Positions 36,413 through 45,643 of a stretch of 64,000 bases of DNA are shown here, in pieces (positions within the stretch are counted from its first letter, which is position 1; each line of letters opens with the position of its first letter). Where the stretch lies: contig CAIFEZ010000003.1 in NCBI GenBank assembly GCA_903789595.1, forward strand, positions 108,937-172,936. The letters run 5' to 3'. Below the pieces are notes generated by a model. That model ran no database searches, was not told where the DNA came from, and worked only from the letters and a program-made list of their open reading frames with translations. Source of the stretch: an uncultured eubacterium 1-6 (GTDB lineage Bacteria > Bacillota > Clostridia > Lachnospirales > Lachnospiraceae). The translations under genes and the position numbers were made by a program.

Positions 36413-36630
36413 CCCGGATGGCAGGGCCGATCCTGTCGGATGGGTGTGAACAGGGACAAGACGGATTCCGGATGGGTGTGAACAGGGACAAGACGGATTC
36501 CGGATGGGTGTGAACAGGGACAAGACGGATTCGAATGGGTGTGAACAAAGACAAGACAGATTCCGAGTATGTGTGAACAGGGACAAGACGGATTCCGAGT
36601 GCGTGTGAACAGGGACAAAGCGGAATCGGA
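36413..36630. repeat. 32-bp tandem repeat array, about 6.5 copies, no spacers
   Basis: The unit ggatgggtgtgaacagggacaagacggattcc occurs at 36438, 36470, 36502, 36533, 36565 and 36597, preceded by a degenerate partial copy. The later copies are progressively diverged. The array lies between the ispA stop and the dxs start. Confidence 0.9.
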
Positions 36631-36683
36631 ACGGAGATCTGCAGGGCAGTTACTGCAAGGAAATGCTGAGGGGGTGCAGGATA

Positions 36684-38567
36684 ATGCTGGAAAAAATCAA
36701 GAAACCGAATGATGTGAAGAAGATTCCGGCAAACCGGCTCCCGGAGCTGGCGGATGAAATCCGTCAGTTCCTGATCTCGTCTGTCAGCAGGACCGGCGGC
36801 CACCTCGCGTCAAATCTGGGATCGATTGAGCTGACGATTGCGCTGCATTATGTACTGAATCTTCCGAAGGACAAGATTTTGTGGGATGTGGGGCATCAGT
36901 CCTATACGCATAAAATTCTGACCGGACGGAAGGACCGCTTTTGTACGCTGCGGCAGGAGGGCGGGCTATCCGGTTTTCCGAGACGGGAAGAGAGCAGCTG
37001 TGATTCCTGGGACGCGGGCCACAGCTCGAATTCCATCTCCGCCGGACTGGGTTATGTCCGGGCGAGAGACCTCAGAAAGCAGCAGTACACAGTTGTCTCC
37101 GTGATCGGAGACGGAGCGCTGACCGGCGGCATGGCGTATGAGGCACTCGATAACGCCGCACAGCTGAAGACAAATTTTATCATCATACTGAATGACAACA
37201 ATATGTCAATTTCCGGAAATGTCGGCGGAATGCATGATTATCTCGCGACTATCCGGACCTCGCACGCGTATACGGATCTGAAGGAGCAGGTGACCGGGAA
37301 GCTCGAGAAGCTCCACGGCGGCGATGAGATGATTGAGCGCATCCGGAAGACGAAGAACAGCATCAAGCAGCTCGTCATTCCCGGCATGCTGTTCGAGAAT
37401 ATGGGCCTCACCTACCTGGGACCCGTAGATGGCCACAATATCTCCGCAATGATCCGCATCTTTGAGGATGCAAAGCGGATCAACGGACCGGTGATTGTCC
37501 ATGTAAAGACCGAGAAGGGTCACGGCTATGCTCCGGCTGTCCGGCATCCGTCCCGCTTCCACGGAACCGGCGCGTTCGATGTCGCCACCGGAATCCCGGA
37601 GAGCAGGGGAGCTGTATCCTGGACGGATATTTTTTCCACGGTCATGGTGAAGATGGGAGAGCGGAATCCGGATGTCGTGGCGGTCACCGCGGCGATGAAG
37701 GAGGGAACGGGTCTGAAACGCTTTGCAAATCGTTTTCCGGACCGGTTCTTCGATGTCGGGATCGCCGAGGAGCATGGAGTGACCTTTTCCGCGGGCCTGG
37801 CCCTCGGAGGACTCATTCCCGTCTTTGCGGTCTACTCCTCTTTCCTGCAGCGCGGCTTTGATCAGATCATGAACGATGTCTGCATGCAGGGGCTGCATGT
37901 TGTTTTTGCGATCGACAGGGGCGGGCTTGTCGGCGCTGACGGAAAGACCCACCAGGGCGTTTTTGATCTGTCCTATCTGACGATGCTTCCGGGAATGACC
38001 GTGATGGCGCCGAAGAACAAATGGGAGCTTTCCGACATGATGAAGTTTGCCGTCGCCTTTCACGGACCGATTGCCATACGGTATCCGAAGGGAGCTGCCT
38101 GCAGCGGTCTCATGGAGTGCCGCGGGGAAATTGTTCTCGGGAAGGCGGAGGTCATACGAAAGGGCAGGGGAATCGCACTTCTCGCAGTGGGCTCCATGGT
38201 GGCGGAGGCGGCGGAGATTGCCGGACGTCTGGAAGCGGACGGTCTGAATCCCACGGTTGTGAATATGCGGTTTGTCAAACCGATTGACAGGGAGCTTCTG
38301 CGGCAGCTTGCCTGTGACCACGGCCTCTTTGTGACGATGGAGGAAAATGTCAGGTGCGGCGGTTTCGGAGAGCAGGTTCTCGACGAGATGAAAAGCATGC
38401 CGCGGGAGAATCCGGTACATGTGGAAATTATCGCGGTCCCGGATACATACATTCATCACGCGGGACGGGATTCCCAGATGCGCACGGCGGGCATTGACGC
38501 GGAGACGGTTTATCGGAAAATCTGTGAAATCGTGAAAACTGACGGCGGATCATCGTTCACGTCATGA
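36684..38567 (+). CDS. dxs: 1-deoxy-D-xylulose-5-phosphate synthase
   Basis: GGHLASNLGSIELTIALHYV, the TPP motif GDGALTGGMAYEALNN-like (IGDGALTGGMAYEALDNA) and AEEHGVTFSAGLA. The start is placed at ATG 36684. Confidence 0.9.
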   Translation: MLEKIKKPNDVKKIPANRLPELADEIRQFLISSVSRTGGHLASNLGSIELTIALHYVLNLPKDKILWDVGHQSYTHKILTGRKDRFCTLRQEGGLSGFPRREESSCDSWDAGHSSNSISAGLGYVRARDLRKQQYTVVSVIGDGALTGGMAYEALDNAAQLKTNFIIILNDNNMSISGNVGGMHDYLATIRTSHAYTDLKEQVTGKLEKLHGGDEMIERIRKTKNSIKQLVIPGMLFENMGLTYLGPVDGHNISAMIRIFEDAKRINGPVIVHVKTEKGHGYAPAVRHPSRFHGTGAFDVATGIPESRGAVSWTDIFSTVMVKMGERNPDVVAVTAAMKEGTGLKRFANRFPDRFFDVGIAEEHGVTFSAGLALGGLIPVFAVYSSFLQRGFDQIMNDVCMQGLHVVFAIDRGGLVGADGKTHQGVFDLSYLTMLPGMTVMAPKNKWELSDMMKFAVAFHGPIAIRYPKGAACSGLMECRGEIVLGKAEVIRKGRGIALLAVGSMVAEAAEIAGRLEADGLNPTVVNMRFVKPIDRELLRQLACDHGLFVTMEENVRCGGFGEQVLDEMKSMPRENPVHVEIIAVPDTYIHHAGRDSQMRTAGIDAETVYRKICEIVKTDGGSSFTS

Positions 38568-38700
38568 TCAGAAGAGTCGGAATTTTACAGTTTTGCCGGT
38601 CTCAAAATGGCAGGCGGTCTTTTGCGCGGGTTTCGCGTAAAATCGGCATGCCGGGCAGTTCCGGCGAATATATTTTGTATCATGATGGGAGGAAAGAAGC

Positions 38701-39531
38701 GTGGCGAAGAAACGCCTGGATATACTGGTGACAGAAAGAGGACTGGCCCCCTCGCGGGAAAAGGCAAAGGTGCTGATTATGGCCGGTGAGATTTTTGTGG
38801 ACGGGCAGAGGGAGGATAAACCCGGGATGACGTTTGCGGAGACGGCGGAAATCACGATGAAGGGACGGGATCTTTTTCCCTTCGTGAGCCGGGGAGGGCT
38901 CAAGCTGGATAAGGCGGTGAAGAGCTTCGCCTTGGATCTTTCCGGAAGAGTCTGCATGGATGTGGGAGCGTCTACGGGAGGCTTTACCGATTGCATGCTC
39001 CAGAACGGTGCGGTCAAGGTATATTCGGTGGATGTGGGACGCGGACAGCTGGACTGGAAGCTCCGCGAGGATCCCAGAGTCGTCGTAATGGAAAAGACAA
39101 ACATCCGCTATGTGACGGCGGATGATATCCAGGAGAGGCCCTCGTTCGTATCGGTGGACGTTTCCTTCATATCGCTGACCAAGGTGCTGCCTGCCGTGAA
39201 GGAACTGATGGAGCCGGAAGGAGAGCTGGCGTGTCTGATCAAGCCGCAGTTCGAGGCGGGTCGGGAGAAGGTTGGAAAGAAGGGGGTCGTCCGGGATCCG
39301 GAGGTGCATGAGGAAGTAATCCGGACGATTGTTTCCTTTGCCGCCGAAATACAGCTCTGGCCGGAGAAACTTGATTTTTCACCGATCAAGGGGCCGGAGG
39401 GCAATATTGAATATCTGATCTATCTTAGAAAATACGCTGACGGCAGCGGCAGCAGCCGGATCACGGAGAATATGATCCGGGATACGGTAGCGGCCGCACA
39501 CGGTGCCCTTGACAGGAAAGCGGAGAAATGA
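38701..39531 (+). CDS. tlyA: TlyA-family rRNA (cytidine-2'-O)-methyltransferase
   Basis: GTG start. An S4 domain (KKRLDILVTERGLAPSREKAKVLIMAGEIFVDG) is followed by the FtsJ-like MTase motif CMDVGASTGGFTDC. Confidence 0.85.
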   Translation: MAKKRLDILVTERGLAPSREKAKVLIMAGEIFVDGQREDKPGMTFAETAEITMKGRDLFPFVSRGGLKLDKAVKSFALDLSGRVCMDVGASTGGFTDCMLQNGAVKVYSVDVGRGQLDWKLREDPRVVVMEKTNIRYVTADDIQERPSFVSVDVSFISLTKVLPAVKELMEPEGELACLIKPQFEAGREKVGKKGVVRDPEVHEEVIRTIVSFAAEIQLWPEKLDFSPIKGPEGNIEYLIYLRKYADGSGSSRITENMIRDTVAAAHGALDRKAEK

Positions 39532-40406
39532 AATCCATGACAGCAATGAAGAATTTTTTTATCATCACGAACCTTGCCAAGGATCCAGATCGGAGCATCA
39601 CGGACTCGATTGTAAGATATATCGTGAATCGCGGCGGTAAGGCCGCGGTTCACAGCGACAGCGCCGTCCCCGGGTCGGGACGCCGCAATACCGAGCCGGA
39701 TGATATCCCGGAGGATACCGACGGCATCATCGTGCTCGGCGGCGACGGAACTCTGATCCGCGCCGCGGATGACGTGGTGGACAGGCAGATCCCGCTCCTC
39801 GGCGTCAATCTGGGAACGCTGGGGTATCTGACCGAGATTGACCGGAATTCCATTTTTCCGGCGCTGGATGCTCTGCTGGAGGGAAGATATCAGGTTGAAT
39901 CCCGCATGATGCTCCGCGGGAGGGTCTATCACGAGGGCATGCTGATCAGTGAAGAACGTGCATTGAACGATATCGTGATCGGGCGGGAGAATTCGATGCA
40001 TGTGATCTCAATTACAAACTATGTCAATGACGCATTTCTGAATTCCTATCGCGCGGACGGCATGATCATTTCCACTCCGACCGGATCGACCGGGTACAGC
40101 CTGTCTGTAGGAGGCCCGCTGATTTCGCCGGAGGCGCATCTGTTCCTGATGACGCCCATTGCCGCTCATACCCTGAATACCAGAAGTATCATTCTTCCGG
40201 AAGAAAACAGAATTACCGTGAGGCTCGGGCCCGGGAGGGACAATACGACCGAGCATGCGATGGCGTACTTCGACGGAGACCGTAAGGCGCCGATGGTCAC
40301 CGGGGACAGTGTCGTGATTGTCCGCGCGGACAAGGACGTGAAGATTACGAAGATTCATAATGACAGCTTTCTCGGTACGCTGAGAAGAAAAATGAGTCAT
40401 ATCTGA
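39528..40406 (+). CDS. nadK: NAD kinase
   Basis: The GGDGTLIRAA motif, LGVNLGTLGYLTE and STPTGSTGYSLSVGGPL. Confidence 0.9.
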   Translation: MKSMTAMKNFFIITNLAKDPDRSITDSIVRYIVNRGGKAAVHSDSAVPGSGRRNTEPDDIPEDTDGIIVLGGDGTLIRAADDVVDRQIPLLGVNLGTLGYLTEIDRNSIFPALDALLEGRYQVESRMMLRGRVYHEGMLISEERALNDIVIGRENSMHVISITNYVNDAFLNSYRADGMIISTPTGSTGYSLSVGGPLISPEAHLFLMTPIAAHTLNTRSIILPEENRITVRLGPGRDNTTEHAMAYFDGDRKAPMVTGDSVVIVRADKDVKITKIHNDSFLGTLRRKMSHI

Positions 40407-40549
40407 AGAAGAAGACCGGGAAACCGCAGAAACAGCACGGGTGCGTACCCGACGGCAGCGGAAGATATGAGGGAATATGAACGCAATGAAGCTGCAGCGG
40501 CGCGGGTGCGTGCAGACGCCGGGATGTATTTCACGGATGGAGGATTCGG

Positions 40550-41005
40550 GTGAAGCTTGAGAGACAGACGGAGATATTAAGACTGATCCATGAATATGAG
40601 ATCGACACACAGGAGGAACTTGCCAGAAGGCTGCAGGAGAACGGTTTTGACGTGACGCAGGCAACCGTCTCGAGAGATATCCGTGACATGAAGCTCACCA
40701 AGGTGGCCGGAGAGAACGGCCATCTGCGGTATACGCTTCTTCAGAACCAGGCGAAGGATACCGCCGGGCGCTATGTGCGGATGCTCAGAGACGCGGTTAC
40801 GGCGGTCGACGTGGCGGGAAACCTGCTGGTGGTTCACACCGCTTCCGGGATGGCGATGGCGGCTGCCGCCGTCATTGATGAGATGAACTGGGAGGAGATC
40901 GTCGGATGCATCGCAGGTGACAATACCATTTTCTGTGCCGCACGGGGCGCGGATGAGGCGCTGAGCGTGAGAGACAAGTTTCAGAAGCTGCTGGAAAAAT
41001 TCTGA
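40550..41005 (+). CDS. argR: Arginine repressor
   Basis: GTG start, 151 aa, with RQTEILRLIHEYEIDTQEELARRLQENGFDVTQATVSRDIRDM and the C-terminal GCIAGDNTIFC. Confidence 0.9.
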   Translation: MKLERQTEILRLIHEYEIDTQEELARRLQENGFDVTQATVSRDIRDMKLTKVAGENGHLRYTLLQNQAKDTAGRYVRMLRDAVTAVDVAGNLLVVHTASGMAMAAAAVIDEMNWEEIVGCIAGDNTIFCAARGADEALSVRDKFQKLLEKF

Positions 41006-41063
41006 GCCGCGGCGGAGACCTGCAGGTTTCCGCTGAGACGGCAGCAGACAGGAGGTAGAAAAA

Positions 41064-42743
41064 ATGCTTACAGAGCTTCATGTCAGAAATCTGGCGCTGA
41101 TCGATGAGGCGGAGGTGGCCTTCGGCCCGGGACTGAATATACTGACCGGAGAGACGGGAGCCGGAAAATCCATCCTGATCGGTTCGATCAATCTGGCGCT
41201 CGGCCACAAGCTGCAGAAGGAAATGCTGCGCAAGGGGGCCGGAGCCTGCCTTGTCGAGCTTGTTTTTCAGATTGAGAATCCTGCAGTTCTGCGTCGCCTT
41301 CAGGGCATGGACGTAGAGACGGAAGAGGGACAGCTGATCATCACGCGGAAGATCACGGACGGCAGAAGCATCTGCCGCCTGAACGGAGAGGTGACGACGG
41401 CCGCGAGGATCCGGAAGATATCGAGTCTGCTTCTGGATATTCACGGGCAGCATGAGCACCAGAAGCTCCTGTATCCGGAGAATCAGCTGGAGATTCTGGA
41501 TGAGTATGGACAGGATATTCTCGCCGCGCCGCTTGCGCAGGTGGAGAATTCCTACCAGGCATGGCGAGCGGTGTGCGAGGAGCTGAAGGAATACGAGATC
41601 GATGAGAAGGAGAGAGAGCGGGAGCTTTCGTTTCTGAAGTACGAGATCAGTGAGATCGAGGACGCCGCGCTCACCCCCGGCGAAGAGGAGGAACTGGAGA
41701 AAAAATACCGCCTCATGTCAAACAGCCGGAAGATCGCGGAGTCACTGAACGAGGTGCACCGGCTGACCGGGTACGAGGACGGTGCCGGCGACATGACCGG
41801 CCGCGCGGTCCGGGAGCTGGCGCAGGTGGCGGGATACGATGAGGCGCTCTCGGGATTCGCAGCGAGCATTTCGGATATCGACAATCTGCTGAATGATTTC
41901 AATCGGGAGATCTCGGACTATTTATCGGAGTTTACCTTTTCCGAGGAGGAATTTTTTGAGACGGAGAAGAGGCTCGATCTGATCAACGGCCTGAAGGCCA
42001 AATACGGCAGGACGACGGCGGAGGTTCTGGCATATCAGGAGCAGCAGAAGAAAAAACTGGAGAAAATGGAGAATTTCGACCGGCGGAAGCAGGAACTTCT
42101 GAACAGGAAGGAAGCGCTCGAAAAGAATCTGGAGCTTGACTGCCGGACGCTTTCCGAGGCGCGTAAGAAGGCGGCAGCGGAACTTTCCGCCGGAATCCGG
42201 GAAGGCCTGAAGGAGCTGAACTTCCTTTCGGTGGAATTTGAAATCCGCTTTGCCAGAACCGCAAATTACAGCAGAAACGGGTATGACGCGGTCGAATTCC
42301 TGATCTCGACCAATCCGGGGGAGCCGGTCAAGCCTCTGGCGTCCGTCGTGTCCGGAGGTGAGCTTTCGAGAATCATGCTCGCGATCAAGACGCTTCTGGC
42401 GGATAAGGACGATACGGAGACACTGATCTTCGATGAGATTGACACCGGAATCAGCGGAAGGACGGCGCAGAAGGTATCGGAGAAGATGGCGAGGATCGGA
42501 AGAAGCCATCAGGTGATCTGCATCACGCATCTGGCGCAGATCGCCGCGATGGCGGACCATCATTTTGAGATTGCGAAAAGCGTGGAGAACGCGTCGACCA
42601 TCTCCCGGATCCGCGAGCTGAACAGCGAGGAGTCCGTGGAGGAGCTGGCGCGCATTCTGGGCGGCGCCGAGATCACCCGCGCCGTGCGGGACAACGCGAG
42701 AGAGATGAAGCTTCTCGCCGAGGAGAAAAAGAAGGCGCTTTAA
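41064..42743 (+). CDS. recN: DNA repair protein RecN
   Basis: 559 aa with Walker A GETGAGKSIL, a coiled-coil middle, the signature SGGELSRIMLAIK and Walker B LIFDEIDTGISG. Confidence 0.9.
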   Translation: MLTELHVRNLALIDEAEVAFGPGLNILTGETGAGKSILIGSINLALGHKLQKEMLRKGAGACLVELVFQIENPAVLRRLQGMDVETEEGQLIITRKITDGRSICRLNGEVTTAARIRKISSLLLDIHGQHEHQKLLYPENQLEILDEYGQDILAAPLAQVENSYQAWRAVCEELKEYEIDEKERERELSFLKYEISEIEDAALTPGEEEELEKKYRLMSNSRKIAESLNEVHRLTGYEDGAGDMTGRAVRELAQVAGYDEALSGFAASISDIDNLLNDFNREISDYLSEFTFSEEEFFETEKRLDLINGLKAKYGRTTAEVLAYQEQQKKKLEKMENFDRRKQELLNRKEALEKNLELDCRTLSEARKKAAAELSAGIREGLKELNFLSVEFEIRFARTANYSRNGYDAVEFLISTNPGEPVKPLASVVSGGELSRIMLAIKTLLADKDDTETLIFDEIDTGISGRTAQKVSEKMARIGRSHQVICITHLAQIAAMADHHFEIAKSVENASTISRIRELNSEESVEELARILGGAEITRAVRDNAREMKLLAEEKKKAL

Positions 42744-42759
42744 CTGTCGCTGTTCACGG

Positions 42760-44397
42760 TCATTTCTGCTTTGTGGCGAAGTGCCGGATCACGACGAAGA
42801 GCACGATGGCGCCTGCGGCGGAATATCCGAGGAAACCGAGCAGAGGCATTCCGAATATCTTCGGATGCATATCCGTGAGACAGAGAATGCTGGATGAGAT
42901 CAGAAGCGCGACCACCCACATGCCGATGACGATGTTCTGAACGAGCTTCCGGAGCAGCCAGGCGAGATTTTTCGAGGTCTTCAGCTCCAGGTTGACCCGG
43001 CTTTGGCCGTTCAGGTATTCCTTCATGATGCGGCTCATCAGGGAGGGAAGCTTCGCGGAGTCTCTGGCGGCGTGGAGAAGGTCCTGCCCGCTGTGACTGA
43101 GCGCATCCTTCCAGTCAAAGCTTTCCATGTAAGAGGAGCGGATTCGCTGAGCGGCGATTTCCGCCATATTGATGTCCGGACTGATCTCTGCCAGATCGCC
43201 CTCCATATGGGTCAGCCCTCTTGCCAGCATGGTGAGACCGTGCGGCATCGTGATCTTGTTCTTCTTCATGGCGTCCATGACGTCCATGAAGAAATCCGCA
43301 ATGTCAATTCCGGCGATATCTGTGTCGCCGTAGCGCTGAAGAATATCGCGCAGATCCTGGTAGAGCTGCTCTCTGTCGGGCTTTCCCTTTCGGAAGTCGG
43401 CCAGGGAAAGCACCGCGTTCTCCACACGGGAGACATCGTGATCGGCGATTCCCCTGACCGCCTCGGTCAGGAGATTCCGGTCTTTTTCGGTGAGGCGGCC
43501 CATCATTCCCATGTCGATCCAGATGATTTTTCCGTCTCGTATCCGCAGATTTCCCGGGTGCGGATCCGCGTGGAAGAATCCGTCGTCAATGACCTGTTTG
43601 ATGAAGTTGTCGACCAGCTTTGCCCCGATTTCGTGAAGATCATAGCCGTTTTTCTGAAGGGATTTCGTATCCGTAATAGAAAAGCCGTCGATGTATTCCA
43701 TGACGAGAACCTGTGAGGTCGTGTACTGACGGTAGAGAGTCGGAACGCCGACGAACGCGATGTCTCTGTTGCAGCGGGCGAATTCTTCCATGTTGTCCGC
43801 TTCCTTCAGAAAATTCATTTCCTCCTGCGCGACCGACCACAGCTCGTCAAGGACCTGGCTTAAATCCACAACGTTCTTCAGGCCGCCGATAGAAGGCAGG
43901 AGTCTCACTGCACGGTGGAGGAGCCGGATATCCCGTGACATGGTGTCGTAGATGCCCTTGCGCTGCACCTTGACGATGACGTCCTCCCCGCTTTTCAGAC
44001 GCGCGCGATGTACCTGCGCGATGGAGGCGGAGCCGAGAGAGACGGGATCGATGATCTCAAAGATCTCCGACCATTTTTCCCCGTAGGAGCTCTCGATGAC
44101 GGAGATGACGTCGGAGAAAGGCATGGGCGTCACCTCGGAATTGAGCTTCATCAGCTCCGTGCAGTATTCCTTCGGCAGAATATCGGAGTGAAGCGACATG
44201 ATCTGTCCGAGCTTGATATAGGTGGGGCCCAGTTCCTCGATGACGATCCGGAGCTTTTCCGGGGTGACGCCGCGAAAGACCTTGTTCTCGAATAGAATCT
44301 GTGTGATTTCTTTCAGACGAGAGGAGCTGTCCGGTTTATTTTTTGACATTGCCGAAATGGAAGGATTGTTATTAGCGTTTTCTTCTGCATGATTCAT
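42760..44397 (-). CDS. ABC1/UbiB-family atypical kinase
   Basis: LGPTYIKLGQIMSLHSDILP, ASIAQVHRARL, VIVKVQRKGI, HADPHPGNL and IWIDMGMMG, plus a C-terminal TM pair. The start is uncertain: ATG 44397 is chosen, and ATG 44439 (inside Rep-B) is the alternative. Confidence 0.75.
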   Translation of the reverse strand: MNHAEENANNNPSISAMSKNKPDSSSRLKEITQILFENKVFRGVTPEKLRIVIEELGPTYIKLGQIMSLHSDILPKEYCTELMKLNSEVTPMPFSDVISVIESSYGEKWSEIFEIIDPVSLGSASIAQVHRARLKSGEDVIVKVQRKGIYDTMSRDIRLLHRAVRLLPSIGGLKNVVDLSQVLDELWSVAQEEMNFLKEADNMEEFARCNRDIAFVGVPTLYRQYTTSQVLVMEYIDGFSITDTKSLQKNGYDLHEIGAKLVDNFIKQVIDDGFFHADPHPGNLRIRDGKIIWIDMGMMGRLTEKDRNLLTEAVRGIADHDVSRVENAVLSLADFRKGKPDREQLYQDLRDILQRYGDTDIAGIDIADFFMDVMDAMKKNKITMPHGLTMLARGLTHMEGDLAEISPDINMAEIAAQRIRSSYMESFDWKDALSHSGQDLLHAARDSAKLPSLMSRIMKEYLNGQSRVNLELKTSKNLAWLLRKLVQNIVIGMWVVALLISSSILCLTDMHPKIFGMPLLGFLGYSAAGAIVLFVVIRHFATKQK

Positions 44398-44427
44398 GGG
44401 CAAATTCTCGCATTCTGTGTATGGATA

Positions 44428-44688
44428 CTGTATAAGCATAAAGTCTCTTACGCGCGCTACGCGACAGGCGACCTTTCTGCGTTTTCGAAGAGCTGTTAAT
44501 GCATGGCTACTGTATAAGCTACGGATTGCTCCGTGCTGCGCACTACCGCAATCCTACAAGTATGAGCACTTACGTGCCGCTTACGCGTCACTTCGTGCTC
44601 ATACTTGTTGCCTTCGAAATCGCATAAAGTCTCTTACGCGCGCTACGCGTGCGACGAGCCTTTCTGCGTTTTCGAAGAGCTTATACAG
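44428..44688. repeat. Rep-B element, copy 1 (MITE-like; 10-bp perfect TIR)
   Basis: The TIR is ctgtataagc(44428-44437)/gcttatacag(44679-44688). There are internal direct repeats of about 59 bp (44436-44494 and 44622-44681). A 14-bp perfect inverted repeat acaagtatgagcac(44556-44569)/gtgctcatacttgt(44595-44608) is also present. Confidence 0.75.
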
Positions 44689-44790
44689 TAACATCGCCCC
44701 GCAGACGGAACAGCGCAGATGATGAGACTGCAGACTGTTCTATGCTGTGGGGCGATGGGGACAATGGATCAGGCTTCCCGGATGAAAGGC

Positions 44791-45159
44791 TCAGTCGATT
44801 TTAGATTCTTCTGTATCGGCCGCATCCTTGCGGGCAAGCTGCTCCTTTAAAGCAGCAAGCTGTTCCGGGGTCAGTTTGTCGAGCATTTCGGTGAAGTCGT
44901 CTCCCTTTGGAGCGGAGGATGTCTGACAGGAGTCTGGTTTTACCTTTGCCTGCGCTTTTTCCTTTGCGTCAGCGGCGGCATCGTCCATTTTGTGCTTGAG
45001 CTCCTGGTTCAGAACTTTACCCTGCTCAACGGTCAGTTCTCCTTTTTCTACGAGGCTGTCAATGGCAGCTTTTGATTTTTCTGCGCTGAGAGCTACCGCT
45101 CCAACGCCGGCCAGAAAGATTTTGCGGAAAGTATCCGTCAGTTTCAAATCGTCACTCAT
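44791..45159 (-). CDS. Small coiled-coil protein, phasin-like
   Basis: 122 aa with FRKIFLAGVGAVALSAEKSKAAIDSLVEKGELTVEQGKVLNQELKHK. It lies adjacent to the ABC1 kinase gene on the same strand. Confidence 0.5.
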   Translation of the reverse strand: MSDDLKLTDTFRKIFLAGVGAVALSAEKSKAAIDSLVEKGELTVEQGKVLNQELKHKMDDAAADAKEKAQAKVKPDSCQTSSAPKGDDFTEMLDKLTPEQLAALKEQLARKDAADTEESKID

Positions 45160-45223
45160 AATTCATTCCTCCTTTATTTTTCTATGTGTGGGAAATGCGT
45201 TGGTTGCTGCAGGAGCCAGGGAG

Positions 45224-45283
45224 CTGACCTGCGAATGGGAACGGCGCTGTGAAAGCGCTGCTTTTCAGATATCGGGTGAACAA
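45224..45283. repeat. Solo right arm of Rep-A
   Basis: ctgacctgcgaatgggaacggcgctgtgaaagcgctgcttttcagatatcgggtgaacaa aligns with the Rep-A segment ccagtttgcgaatggcaacagggctgtgaaatccctgcctttcagatatcccgtgaacag. It ends 6 nt from the dgkA stop. Confidence 0.65.
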
Positions 45284-45289
45284 TAACGG

Positions 45290-45643
45290 TCAGAACACCT
45301 TGGGCACAAAGATGAGAAGCCCGATGATCGCGGCAAAAATCGCGGAGATCAATACGGCTCCGGCTGCAGCGTCCTTTGCGAGTTTCGCGAGGGGTCTTCT
45401 CTCCTCAGAGACCAGGTCAACGCAGGCCTCGATAGCCGTATTGACGATTTCAAGACTGAGCACCTGGGCGAAAAGGATCAGGCAGATCAGCCATTCCGTG
45501 ATGCTGATCCGAAGAATACAGCCGGATATTATGACAAGCGACATAATCGTCAGGTGAATTTTGATATTGCGTTCTCTTCGAATACAGGCCCATATGCCCT
45601 GAAAGGCATATCCGAAACTTTTATATAAGGGACTTTTCTTCAA
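45290..45643 (-). CDS. dgkA: Diacylglycerol/undecaprenol kinase (DgkA family)
   Basis: KSFGYAFQGIWACIRRERNIKIHL ... SLEIVNTAIEACVDLVS ... AKDAAAGAVLISAIFA. A TTG start at 45643 (RBS aaaggacgg) gives the usual length of about 117 aa. The ORF-track ATG 45844 adds 67 aa without an RBS. Confidence 0.75.
   Translation of the reverse strand: MKKSPLYKSFGYAFQGIWACIRRERNIKIHLTIMSLVIISGCILRISITEWLICLILFAQVLSLEIVNTAIEACVDLVSEERRPLAKLAKDAAAGAVLISAIFAAIIGLLIFVPKVF

Noticed and set aside
36413-36630. A possible CRISPR array (regular 32-bp repeats).
   Set aside because: The units are directly contiguous with no unique spacers. They are not palindromic in the CRISPR manner, and no cas genes are nearby. It is a plain tandem repeat.
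35931-36803. Minus-strand ORFs (290, 112 and 71 aa) that translate the 32-bp array as repetitive PSGIRLVPVHTH... peptides.
   Set aside because: They are an artefact of translating a tandem repeat. They also run antisense into ispA and dxs.
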